This document shows positions 56,023 to 64,000 of a DNA stretch of 64,000 nucleotides, one piece after another. Origin of the DNA: a bacterium (GTDB lineage Bacteria; Bacillota; Clostridia; Oscillospirales; CAG-382); NCBI GenBank assembly GCA_963661975.1, contig CAVLDN010000002.1, positions 69,674 to 133,673 of the forward strand, read 5' to 3'. Every line of letters starts with the position of its first letter. Position 1 is the stretch's first letter. The notes below the pieces were generated by a model. The model had not been told where the DNA came from and searched no databases. It saw nothing but the letters and a program-made list of their open reading frames with translations. The translations under genes were made by a program, and so were the position numbers.

Positions 56023-56589
56023 TTGGCTGAAACGTATTTCAAAAAGACCATGCGGGGCTACGATACAAAACAGGTCGATGCCTTTATCGTGGAGATGAGC
56101 GACCGTTACGGCGAATCGAAAAAGGAACTTGAAGCCGAGCTTCTGCACGCGCACAAGGAATGTGAGCGCAGGGATGCCGAGCTGAACGCAATGCGCGCCG
56201 AAGCCGAAAAAACCGAATCTGAACACGCATCCGAGCTCGAATCGCTCCGAAGCGAATACGATGCGCTCTGCGCTTCCGTCGGCGAAAAAATGGTGCTTGC
56301 GGACAGGCGTGCCGCTGACATTGTCAAGAACGCCGAAAAGGAAGCCGAATGTATTATCCGCAATGCCAAAGCGGAGGGCGAAAGCCTTGCGCGGGCAGAG
56401 CTGGAGCGTGCGCGGCAGGAGGCGGAAAAGCTCATATCCGAAACCGAAAAGCGCGTTGCCGGGATATCCGCCGCGGCGGATGAATTCCGCGCGAAACAGA
56501 ACGAAATGGACAGATCAATGAACGAAACCGCAAGAAGCCTGAACGAAGCAATGCGCAGACTGAAAAGCGGAATAGATAAAGGAAAATAA
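56023..56589 (+). CDS. DivIVA domain-containing protein
   Basis: FKKTMRGYDTKQVDAFI N-terminal DivIVA motif, then coiled coil. TTG start. Confidence 0.8.
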   Translation: MAETYFKKTMRGYDTKQVDAFIVEMSDRYGESKKELEAELLHAHKECERRDAELNAMRAEAEKTESEHASELESLRSEYDALCASVGEKMVLADRRAADIVKNAEKEAECIIRNAKAEGESLARAELERARQEAEKLISETEKRVAGISAAADEFRAKQNEMDRSMNETARSLNEAMRRLKSGIDKGK

Positions 56590-56593
56590 AACA

Positions 56594-57973
56594 ATGAACG
56601 AAAAAATCGCAAAGCTTGCAGACGAATATTTCTCCCGTGCGGACATACGCGCCCAGGCAGCAGAGGATCTGCGCAGTATAGTACGGGTGCCTTCCGTAGC
56701 CGCCGAAAGCGACGGGAAATATCCCTACGGCGCAGAATGTGCGCTTGCACTCGATACGGCGGCGGCCCTTGCCGAAAAATACGGGTTTCGTGTGGAAAAT
56801 CACGATTATCACTGCCTTTCCGTGCTTTACGGCGATTCGGAGCGCGAGATCGGCATCGTAGCGCATCTTGATGTTGTCCCTGCGGGCGACGGCTGGAGTT
56901 GCGAGCCTTATGATGTGACCGAACGCGACGGGCTTTTTATCGGAAGAGGTACAAACGATGATAAGGGCCCGTTTATAGAGAGCCTTTACACCCTGCGCTT
57001 CTTCCGCGAAAACGGGATAAAGCTTCCGTTTACGCTCCGTCTTATTCTCGGCAGCGATGAAGAAGTCGGCAGCACCGATCTTGAATACTTCGTTACCGTG
57101 CGCAAGCCGCCGATGTTCTCCTTCACGCCGGATTCGGAATTTCCGGTATGTATCGGCGAAAAGGGCATACTCGGGCTTGAGATCGATTACGGCAAAGCAC
57201 CGGAGGGCTTCACCGTCTCCGGCGGTACGGTGTCCAATGCCGTTGCCGGTTCCGCACAGGCAATCGTCAAAACCGAAAAGACTTTGCCCGAAGCCGAAAA
57301 TATCCTGCTCGAAAAGGTCTGCGGCGGAGTGAAGATCACCGCAACGGGCAAGACGGCCCACGCCGCAATGCCGGAAGCCGGCGTGAACGCGATAAACCTG
57401 CTTGTTTCCTACCTTATCGAAAACGGGCTTGTTTCCGGCGAAGCCTTTGACCTTATCCGCAGATCCACCGGCGAATATCTCGGCAAAACACTGGGTATCG
57501 CCGCGACGGATGACGATTTCGGATATCTTACCTGTGTCGGCGGGGTTATCTCCGTGCGTGAAGGGCATATTATACAGAGCTACAATATACGCTATATCCC
57601 CACGACTCCGTATGAGGATATCATCGCCGCCGTCGAGCGCACCGTTGCCCTCTGCGGCGGAAGCGTGCGCGTCGTTTCGCAGTCCGACGGATACCATGTC
57701 TCCGCAGATGATGAAAAGATCAAAGCGCTTACCGATGCCTGCGAAAGCGTCCTCGGCATCAAGTGCGAGCCTTATACGATGGGCGGCGGGACATATGCCC
57801 GCTGGCTTCCCAACACCGTGGCTTTCGGTTCGGGTATAGATGCCCACAGGCACTGCCTCGGCGCGGAGAGGGGCAACGCCCACCAGCGCGATGAATATAT
57901 CGCGGCAGAGGAATTTTTCTCGGGGATGAATATTTATTCCCGTGCGATCGGCAATCTTTCGGATATACTCTGA
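56594..57973 (+). CDS. pepV: M20-family dipeptidase (PepV/Sapep-like)
   Basis: HLDVVPAGDGW, GRGTNDDKGP and SDEEVGS motifs. Confidence 0.85.
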   Translation: MNEKIAKLADEYFSRADIRAQAAEDLRSIVRVPSVAAESDGKYPYGAECALALDTAAALAEKYGFRVENHDYHCLSVLYGDSEREIGIVAHLDVVPAGDGWSCEPYDVTERDGLFIGRGTNDDKGPFIESLYTLRFFRENGIKLPFTLRLILGSDEEVGSTDLEYFVTVRKPPMFSFTPDSEFPVCIGEKGILGLEIDYGKAPEGFTVSGGTVSNAVAGSAQAIVKTEKTLPEAENILLEKVCGGVKITATGKTAHAAMPEAGVNAINLLVSYLIENGLVSGEAFDLIRRSTGEYLGKTLGIAATDDDFGYLTCVGGVISVREGHIIQSYNIRYIPTTPYEDIIAAVERTVALCGGSVRVVSQSDGYHVSADDEKIKALTDACESVLGIKCEPYTMGGGTYARWLPNTVAFGSGIDAHRHCLGAERGNAHQRDEYIAAEEFFSGMNIYSRAIGNLSDIL

Positions 57974-58018
57974 TCCGGGGTTGGCTCGTATTCCGCTTCA
58001 ACTGCCATATCCTATTTC

Positions 58019-58056
58019 AAAACGGCGTTTGCTTTCGTAATGCAGACGCCGTTTTC
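58019..58056 (+). terminator. intrinsic terminator after pepV
   Basis: aacggcgt...acgccgtt hairpin followed by a T-run. Confidence 0.6.
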
Positions 58057-58128
58057 TTTATCTGTCGTTGTTTTCGGTTGACAAATGCCGCATTTCGGGG
58101 TATTATATGTGTGAAAGGCGGTGGCAGA

Positions 58129-58344
58129 ATGAAAAACGAGAGCGCTTTGCAGGATATGGAAAACATTTGCGCGAATTGCGAAAACGCGGTCATCATCAAT
58201 GAATCGAATATCTGTATATGCAGCATAAGGGGTGCCGTCGCGGCGAGTTCAAGCTGCCGCAGGTTCAGCCCGGATATGCTCAAAATGGCACCGCTCACCC
58301 GCATTACCCCCGAAAACGGCGAAACGACTTTGCTCGAAATTTAG
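58129..58344 (+). CDS. small cysteine-rich hypothetical protein (71 aa)
   Basis: ORF 58078..58344 trimmed to ATG 58129. CANC...CIC...C pattern. TTGACA / TATTAT promoter-like element at ~58077-58106. Confidence 0.45.
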   Translation: MKNESALQDMENICANCENAVIINESNICICSIRGAVAASSSCRRFSPDMLKMAPLTRITPENGETTLLEI

Positions 58345-58392
58345 CTTGATGTGCGGGAATATTCGTTTTTTTGCTTTTTTGCAAAAAAAGGG

Positions 58393-58420
58393 TTGACAAA
58401 TCCGAATATCCGTGTATAAT
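58393..58420 (+). promoter_or_regulatory. consensus sigma70 promoter for tRNA-Leu
   Basis: TTGACA (58393-58398), 16-nt spacer, TATAAT (58415-58420). Confidence 0.6.
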
Positions 58421-58463
58421 AACTCTTGCGCGCTCCGCTTGCGGGGCGCAAAAACCGAATGAT

Positions 58464-58546
58464 GCAGCTGTGGCGGAACTGGCAGACGCGCACGTTTGAG
58501 GGGCGTGTGGGTAACCGTATGGGTTCAAGTCCCATCAGCTGCACCA
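58464..58546 (+). tRNA. tRNA-Leu (anticodon GAG)
   Basis: GCAGCTG...CAGCTGCACCA acceptor stem, anticodon loop TTGAGGG, long variable arm, T-loop GGTTCAAGTCC, encoded CCA. Confidence 0.9.
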
Positions 58547-58552
58547 GGAAAA

Positions 58553-58585
58553 AGAAACACCTGCTTATGCAGGTGTTTCTTTTTG
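58553..58585 (+). terminator. intrinsic terminator after tRNA-Leu
   Basis: agaaacacctgc-ttat-gcaggtgtttct plus a T-run. Confidence 0.8.
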
Positions 58586-58615
58586 TCTGTCGTGTCGGCA
58601 GCGGATTTCACGGAA

Positions 58616-59245
58616 TTATTTTATGATCGAGCAGTCGCCGAGTATTTCGGGCTTGTTTGCAAGCGAATCGCTTTCGGTAAGCGTGCGTATGACTCTGCAC
58701 GGGTTTCCGACTGCAAGGCTGTTATCGGGTATGGATTTTGTCACAATGCTTCCCGCGCCGATAACGCAGTTTTTGCCGATTGTCACGCCCGGAAGTATTG
58801 TTACATCGGCACAGATCCAGCAATTATCGCCGATGGTGACCGGTTCGCCCCAGCACAGGTGCTTTTCGCTCCCGTCCGGGCATTTCAGGCGTTTTCTTTC
58901 GCTTGCAAGCATCGGGTGGAGCGGCGTGACGATAGTGACGTTCGGACCGAAATCGCAGTTTTCGCCGATAGTCACCTCCGCATCGTCCTGACAGGTGAAA
59001 TTGAAATTGAAAAAGCAGTTTTTTCCGATCTTTGTGTGCACTCCGTAATGGAAGCGTATAGGCGCATTGAAGGAAACGCCCTCGTTCAGCTCGCCGAGAA
59101 GCTCCCGAAGAACCTCACGGCGTTCTTCGGTGCGGCTTTCCGGCAGTGCATTGTATTTATCGTTCAGCATATGCGCTTTTTGCTTGATCTTTACCCGCCA
59201 TTCCTCCGCAGGTGAAAAAAGCTTTCCCTTGTTGTTGTCAAGCAT
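58616..59245 (-). CDS. sugar O-acetyltransferase (maltose/galactoside acetyltransferase-like, LbH)
   Basis: Mac-type N-terminus and hexapeptide repeats (IGDNCWICADVTILPGVTIGKNCVIGAGSIV). ORF trimmed to ATG 59245, behind a GGAGG SD. Confidence 0.85.
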   Translation of the reverse strand: MLDNNKGKLFSPAEEWRVKIKQKAHMLNDKYNALPESRTEERREVLRELLGELNEGVSFNAPIRFHYGVHTKIGKNCFFNFNFTCQDDAEVTIGENCDFGPNVTIVTPLHPMLASERKRLKCPDGSEKHLCWGEPVTIGDNCWICADVTILPGVTIGKNCVIGAGSIVTKSIPDNSLAVGNPCRVIRTLTESDSLANKPEILGDCSIIK

Positions 59246-59387
59246 GATTATACCTCCGTTGATAAATATATCCGCTGCCGCAAGCATAACACAAAAGCCG
59301 CCGATTTGCAACGCTTTTTTCATGAATACGGAAAAGCCCCCCGCTTTTTGACGGGGAGCTTTGGCTTTTATGCCGCTTTGCTCCGGC

Positions 59388-59843
59388 TCATGCCTTGCAG
59401 AGCTGCTTGATATAGCGCTGCTCGCGCAGGGACACCTTGTTGTCAACGCTTACCACGCACAGGCACAGCGTGACGATATCCTCCCGCAGGCTTTCATCTG
59501 CATCCGAAAGCAGCGAGAGCATATCACGGGTGTATTTTTTGACCTCGTTTTTTCCGTCGCGGTCCTTGCCGAAGGACTTTTTTATGCTTTCGAAATCGAA
59601 ATCGTTTCCGAAAACATACACGAGTCCGGGGTACATCAGCAGGTATTCCTGCTCGTTTATCTGCCCGTCCGCGACAACGGAGCCGAGAATGAAGCCCGCC
59701 AGTGTGGAAATCGGGTTGACGCCCTGTACCCCGAGCAGGGCAAGCTTTGCGAGTATTCCGACGGACTTTTCCGCCAGGAGAGCGCTGCGTTCCGCAACGG
59801 AGAGAGCTTCAAACTCCCTGCACAGTTTTGAAAATTCAAACAT
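59388..59843 (-). CDS. TerB-like protein
   Basis: 151 aa with two ADG/DN-x-hydrophobic-x-x-x-E repeats (VVADGQINEQEYLLM, SVDNKVSLREQRYIKQL), as in TerB-fold proteins. Confidence 0.5.
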   Translation of the reverse strand: MFEFSKLCREFEALSVAERSALLAEKSVGILAKLALLGVQGVNPISTLAGFILGSVVADGQINEQEYLLMYPGLVYVFGNDFDFESIKKSFGKDRDGKNEVKKYTRDMLSLLSDADESLREDIVTLCLCVVSVDNKVSLREQRYIKQLCKA

Positions 59844-59873
59844 TTTTGTACTCCTTTCTGTTTTTTGCCTGCT

Positions 59874-61691
59874 TTACAGCGGCAGATCCTTTTTTGTGAA
59901 TCTCACGGAGCCGACGATGTATCCGACTACCCCCATAACGGCAAGAATTACGAATTTCAATATGAAGGCGTTTGTGCCGTCCATGATGGATATGACATCA
60001 AAGAAGGAGATTATCGTTGCATAATTGAAGTAGTTCAGGCTGTCCAGACGGACGACGGAGGGAATGACCGGGCTGCCGAAAAGGCCGAGCATTGCAGCGA
60101 CAAGCGCGAATATGCTCAGGCCGCCGCCGATCGCCATGGAGCGCTTGCTTCTGTCGAAAAGGCAGGATGTGAAGAAGCAAAGCCCTGAAAGCGCAAACAG
60201 CACAAGGAATGCACCGACATTAAGCATGATAAGGTTGCCGTATGTCAGCTTGATATCCTCAGAAACGAGCGAGAGGCAAACGCAGCCTGTCGCGGTTGTC
60301 AGACCGAACATCGCGAGCAGCGAGCCGATGAGGTATACCGCCTGCGTGAACACGACGGTGCTGCGCTTGGTGGAGGTGGAGAGCACATACGCCATCGAAC
60401 CGCTGTCCACCTGCCCGGAAATGAGGTTGTTGGAAGCCATGATCATGTAAATGATCGGAAGCAGCAGGCCAGCGAGCTTGTAGAATATGGAGCCGACGAT
60501 GAGCGTGTACAGATCCGCCTGCCCGATTTCTTCAAGCGCATCCGAAACCTCCTGCGGAAGCGCGGAAAGCAGACTGCCGGAAACATCCGCGGCAAGCTCC
60601 GCCGTCTTTTCTTCCACTGCCTTTTCATATTCCGCGGTGTCGGTAAACTCACCGTTTGCGCGGCGGGTTTCAAGCAGTTCCAGCTCGTAGGAAAGTCTGT
60701 TGCCGTAGGTTATTGCGGTGGTGTTTGCAAGGTGCTTTATGGATTCGTAGGTATAGCCGAAGCCGTTGTACTTATCCATTGTCACGCCGAATGAGGAAAG
60801 CTGTTCCACTATCTTTTCGACATTTTCGGCTTCCGTCATGTTGCCGGCAAGGAACATGGAGGTGCAATCCTCCGCACGGGCGGAGCGGTAGTTTGCGCGT
60901 TCGCTGCCCGAAATGTATTCGTCGATATCGCCGGATTTGATATGCTCGATCAGCGACATATAGTCGTAATCCGCCGGGGCTTCCTTTTCGTGTTTCAAAT
61001 AAAAGGAATCGTTGAACATTCCGTTCGGGTTGAGCGTATACATCACAACGCCCAGCATTTCCTTTGCCTCGTCCGAATCGCGGGTATAACCGGGGTTCAG
61101 TTCAATGGCCTTGTCGTATACATATTCCTGTATATCCTCGGCCGCGGCGGCGTATGCGAGTTTGACTGCGTTTTCGGCGCTTGCCGGGGTCTGAGCGGCC
61201 CATTCCTTCATTGCGCCTGCGTATTCCTCCGCAGAGCCGAAGGATGCCATATCCGGCTTTTTCGCCTGCCATTCGTTCACCGCCGCTTCAAGATCTTTGC
61301 CGGGGGCGGTTTTCATTTCGGGCTTTGCCTCCTGCCATTGCTTCATCGCGGCGGCATAAAGCTGCTCGTCGGTTATATCGGCGGAATCGGGCATGGAGGA
61401 AAGCCATGTCAGATATGAAAGCGTGTCTTTTGCGTTTTCGGCAAAAAGCGTGTCGAAGCGGCTCAACCCGTCCGCCGCGTTCACATAGTAGTTGATCGAG
61501 CGCGCTTCAAGGCTTGCATCGATCTCTTTTGTTATGATGGTATCCTGAATTGAATTTTTGACCTCGCCGATGCTCCCGCTGCCGGAAATCAGCATGACGC
61601 AGGCAAGCATAAAGCATACGGCAAAGGTGATTATTGCCCACATTGTCCCGTTTGCCTTGCAGGACTGCTTGAATAGTGCTTTACTGAACAT
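59874..61691 (-). CDS. ABC-2-type transporter permease with a large helical extramembrane domain
   Basis: 605 aa: N-terminal TM, ~350-aa Ala/Glu/Lys-rich region, then five C-terminal TM segments. Translationally coupled to two ABC ATPase genes. Confidence 0.7.
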   Translation of the reverse strand: MFSKALFKQSCKANGTMWAIITFAVCFMLACVMLISGSGSIGEVKNSIQDTIITKEIDASLEARSINYYVNAADGLSRFDTLFAENAKDTLSYLTWLSSMPDSADITDEQLYAAAMKQWQEAKPEMKTAPGKDLEAAVNEWQAKKPDMASFGSAEEYAGAMKEWAAQTPASAENAVKLAYAAAAEDIQEYVYDKAIELNPGYTRDSDEAKEMLGVVMYTLNPNGMFNDSFYLKHEKEAPADYDYMSLIEHIKSGDIDEYISGSERANYRSARAEDCTSMFLAGNMTEAENVEKIVEQLSSFGVTMDKYNGFGYTYESIKHLANTTAITYGNRLSYELELLETRRANGEFTDTAEYEKAVEEKTAELAADVSGSLLSALPQEVSDALEEIGQADLYTLIVGSIFYKLAGLLLPIIYMIMASNNLISGQVDSGSMAYVLSTSTKRSTVVFTQAVYLIGSLLAMFGLTTATGCVCLSLVSEDIKLTYGNLIMLNVGAFLVLFALSGLCFFTSCLFDRSKRSMAIGGGLSIFALVAAMLGLFGSPVIPSVVRLDSLNYFNYATIISFFDVISIMDGTNAFILKFVILAVMGVVGYIVGSVRFTKKDLPL

Positions 61692-62595
61692 TGCTCTCTT
61701 TCTCCTTTTTATCGAACAGTATCTTTTTGAAGTGCATTTCCAGCGTATAGGGCAGCTCCGAAATGAACTTCACGTTATAGCCTTTAAGTGAACCGAGCAG
61801 CTCCGCCGTTTCGTCCGCACGGATGCGGATCGTCGCCTGACTGTATTGCGACTGACGGCGGATGACCTCATACCGCTCGTTCAGGAAACGAAGATAATCC
61901 TCCTGCGTGTGGAATTCGATCTTGAATTCCTTCACCGGACGTTCGGTGATGTCGCTCATCCGGCAGATATCCACGATGCGGCCGTCGCTTATAAGCGCGA
62001 CACGGTCGCAGGTTGTTTCCAGCTCCTCAAAGCTGTGGCTGCTCATGAAGACCGTCTTTCCCTTGCTGTGTTCGTTTTTTATTATATCAAGGAATGTCAT
62101 CCGCATGAGCGGGTCGAGCCCGGTGGTCGGCTCGTCAAGAAGTATTACGGGTGCATCGTTCATCAACGCCGCAACAAGAGCCGTTTTCTGCTTCATGCCC
62201 TTGCTCATCCGCTTCAGATTGGCACGCGGGTCGAGCTGCAGCCGTTTGATAAGCTCGTTGGCATAGGACATGTCTTTAAGCCCCAGAAAATCCGCTTGGC
62301 ATTTAAGAAAATCCGTGCCGGTTTTAAGATCGGGAAAGGCTATCTCGCCGGGGACATAACCGATGCTCCGTGCGATCTCGCTCGCGTGCTCCCAGGATGA
62401 TAAGCCGTTCACTCCGACATAACCGGAGGTCGGTTTCAAGAACCCGAGTATGTTGCGCATTGTCGTCGTTTTGCCGCTTCCGTTCGTGCCGACAAAGCCG
62501 ACCATCTCGCCCTGTTCGATATCAAGGTCGATATCGAAAATGCCGCATCCGCCGCCGAAATCCTTTGTGAGCTTTCTGCATTCGATAACACTCAT
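61681..62595 (-). CDS. ABC transporter ATP-binding protein
   Basis: Walker A GTNGSGKTT, signature MSKGMKQK, Walker B ILLDEPTTGLD. Confidence 0.9.
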   Translation of the reverse strand: MSVIECRKLTKDFGGGCGIFDIDLDIEQGEMVGFVGTNGSGKTTTMRNILGFLKPTSGYVGVNGLSSWEHASEIARSIGYVPGEIAFPDLKTGTDFLKCQADFLGLKDMSYANELIKRLQLDPRANLKRMSKGMKQKTALVAALMNDAPVILLDEPTTGLDPLMRMTFLDIIKNEHSKGKTVFMSSHSFEELETTCDRVALISDGRIVDICRMSDITERPVKEFKIEFHTQEDYLRFLNERYEVIRRQSQYSQATIRIRADETAELLGSLKGYNVKFISELPYTLEMHFKKILFDKKEKESNVQ

Positions 62596-63524
62596 TTCAA
62601 AGCACCTCCGAAATCCTTTTCTTCCTTGTAGAATTTAAGGAAATAATCCTCCAGCGATTCGCGCCGGTTGCTGAACGAAACGGTGTTTGCCGCCGCAAGC
62701 AGCGCGATGAGCGCGTTCAGATCACTGTCCTCGACCGAAAGATATACCTCCACGCCGCTTTCGTTCAGCAGACGGAAGGATTCGAGGCCTGCCGCTTTTT
62801 GCGTAAATTCGCTTTTTGATATCTCATCCGCAAAGGCAACGGTGTAGTACTTCCGTGAGGCGTGCTTCAAATCATTCGCCACAAACTGCGAAACGATTCT
62901 CCCGTCCTTTATAATGGCGATACGGTCGCAGGTGGAATCGATCTCCGAAAAGATGTGGCTTGAAAGCAATATTGTCTTTCCGCGTTCCTTTTCCTTGTGA
63001 ATGAGCTGAATGAAGTTTTCCTGCATGACCGGGTCAAGCCCGCTTGTGGGCTCGTCCAGTATCAGTACGTCCGGGTCGGACATGAACGCCGTCACAACGG
63101 CAAGTTTGCGCTTCACGCCGAGGCTCATGCGCTTTGTATCGCCGGAAAGAACATCGTCCTCCAGCTCGAACAGATCGAGCATGGCTTTCAGGCGTTCCTC
63201 GTTGCGGATCTTTTGCAGGCTCTGCATCATGCGGATGAATTCCCACCCGGTAAGCCCCGCGGGCAATGCGATCTCGCCGGGGATGTATCCGACATGGTTC
63301 AGAACCTCCGAATAGTGGGCAAAGGTTTCCATTCCTTCGATCTTCGTGCTCCCGCTCTGCGGTTTTGAAAAGCCCATCAGATGGCGGATCGTTGTCGATT
63401 TTCCGGCGCCGTTCGGCCCGAGAAAGCCGAACACCTCGCCGCGGTCGACGGCTATGCTCACATCGAACACGCCGCGTCCGGAGCCGTAATCCTTTGTCAG
63501 ATGCTCCGCTTCTATCGTGTGCAT
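62592..63524 (-). CDS. ABC transporter ATP-binding protein
   Basis: Walker A GPNGAGKST, signature MSLGVKRK, Walker B LILDEPTSGLD. ORF trimmed to ATG 63524, behind a GGAGGA SD. Confidence 0.9.
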   Translation of the reverse strand: MHTIEAEHLTKDYGSGRGVFDVSIAVDRGEVFGFLGPNGAGKSTTIRHLMGFSKPQSGSTKIEGMETFAHYSEVLNHVGYIPGEIALPAGLTGWEFIRMMQSLQKIRNEERLKAMLDLFELEDDVLSGDTKRMSLGVKRKLAVVTAFMSDPDVLILDEPTSGLDPVMQENFIQLIHKEKERGKTILLSSHIFSEIDSTCDRIAIIKDGRIVSQFVANDLKHASRKYYTVAFADEISKSEFTQKAAGLESFRLLNESGVEVYLSVEDSDLNALIALLAAANTVSFSNRRESLEDYFLKFYKEEKDFGGALK

Positions 63525-63674
63525 ATATTTCCTCCTGTTCCGGAATTGTTTTTTAGACACTGTTGACATCTCAACACTGTCGTATTATAATCGGAGTGCA
63601 ACAGGAAGGAAAGCACGATTTTGTGTGCAATGTTCAAATATGGACATTGTGTATAAAACTGTAAGGTAAAAAGT

Positions 63675-64000
63675 ATGAAAGTGAAAAATCTGAACCGATC
63701 ATCGGCAAAAACAAAGAGGGCAATCAAAAGCACTTTCGCCGAAATGCTTTCGGAATACAAGGAAATTTCGCGCATATCCGTGAGCGAGCTTTGCGAACGC
63801 GCGGATATCAGCCGCAGCACGTTTTACACTCATTACGACGATACATACAGTATCGCCCAGGATTACGAAAACGAGCTTATAGACCGATTTTTCGATAACG
63901 CCAAACTGGTTTCGGCATCGAGCGCGGAAAAGTTCGCCGAGATATTTTTCGAATATATCCGCGAAAATGACGAAAATTATAAGCTTCTCTGCCGCTCCAA
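63675..64000 (+). CDS. TetR/AcrR-family transcriptional regulator (3'-truncated by the window end)
   Basis: ATG 63675. ISVSELCERADISRSTFYTHY is a TetR HTH. Divergent from the ABC operon. Open to the window edge. Confidence 0.8.
   Translation, partial: MKVKNLNRSSAKTKRAIKSTFAEMLSEYKEISRISVSELCERADISRSTFYTHYDDTYSIAQDYENELIDRFFDNAKLVSASSAEKFAEIFFEYIRENDENYKLLCRS

Noticed and set aside
56432-57883. 483-aa minus-strand ORF over pepV. The same applies to 7920..9146 over ftsK, 4585..5817 over the radical SAM gene, 44462..45514 over gpmI, and 50834..51817 over the carboxypeptidase gene.
   Set aside because: All are antisense to genes with strong family motifs, and none has a recognisable motif or RBS.
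59246-59446. Upstream in-frame extension of the acetyltransferase ORF, including a hydrophobic MKKALQIGGFCVMLAAADIF segment that looks like a signal peptide.
   Set aside because: ATG 59245 has a strong GGAGG SD and starts exactly at the Mac-type N-terminus. Cytoplasmic LbH acetyltransferases do not carry signal peptides.

Overview
A 64-kb chromosomal segment with moderately high GC content. Gene content and dockerin-bearing secreted enzymes suggest an anaerobic Firmicute of the Clostridia, Oscillospiraceae/Ruminococcaceae-like. Most of it is dense housekeeping: maf, uppP, ftsK, ruvX, pyrR-pyrP, nrdG/nrdD, ribU with an FMN riboswitch, ychF, a two-gene Suf-like pair, scpAB, gpmI, nusB-xseA-hslO-dut-yhbY, secG, ribF, pepV, and two tRNAs. 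I found no CRISPR array, transposase, integrase or reverse transcriptase. The most unusual region is 12.4-17.2 kb, beside tRNA-Pro. It holds a DUF2828-type protein (N-terminal conserved module plus a vWA/MIDAS C-terminus, the same layout as Ro60). Upstream of that gene lies a ~475-bp ORF-free, GC-rich region full of nested and mutually exclusive helices. Two overlapping WYL-domain regulator genes and a frameshifted dsRBD remnant complete the block. I propose it as a candidate inducible RNA-protein module, but this is inference and needs comparative and experimental testing. Secondary points are: (1) an NrdD with a fused glutaredoxin-like domain, followed by a thioredoxin-reductase homologue lacking the NADPH-binding arginines; (2) three tandem GHL10-family paralogues with alternating dockerin or membrane anchors; (3) several small RNA-structure candidates.
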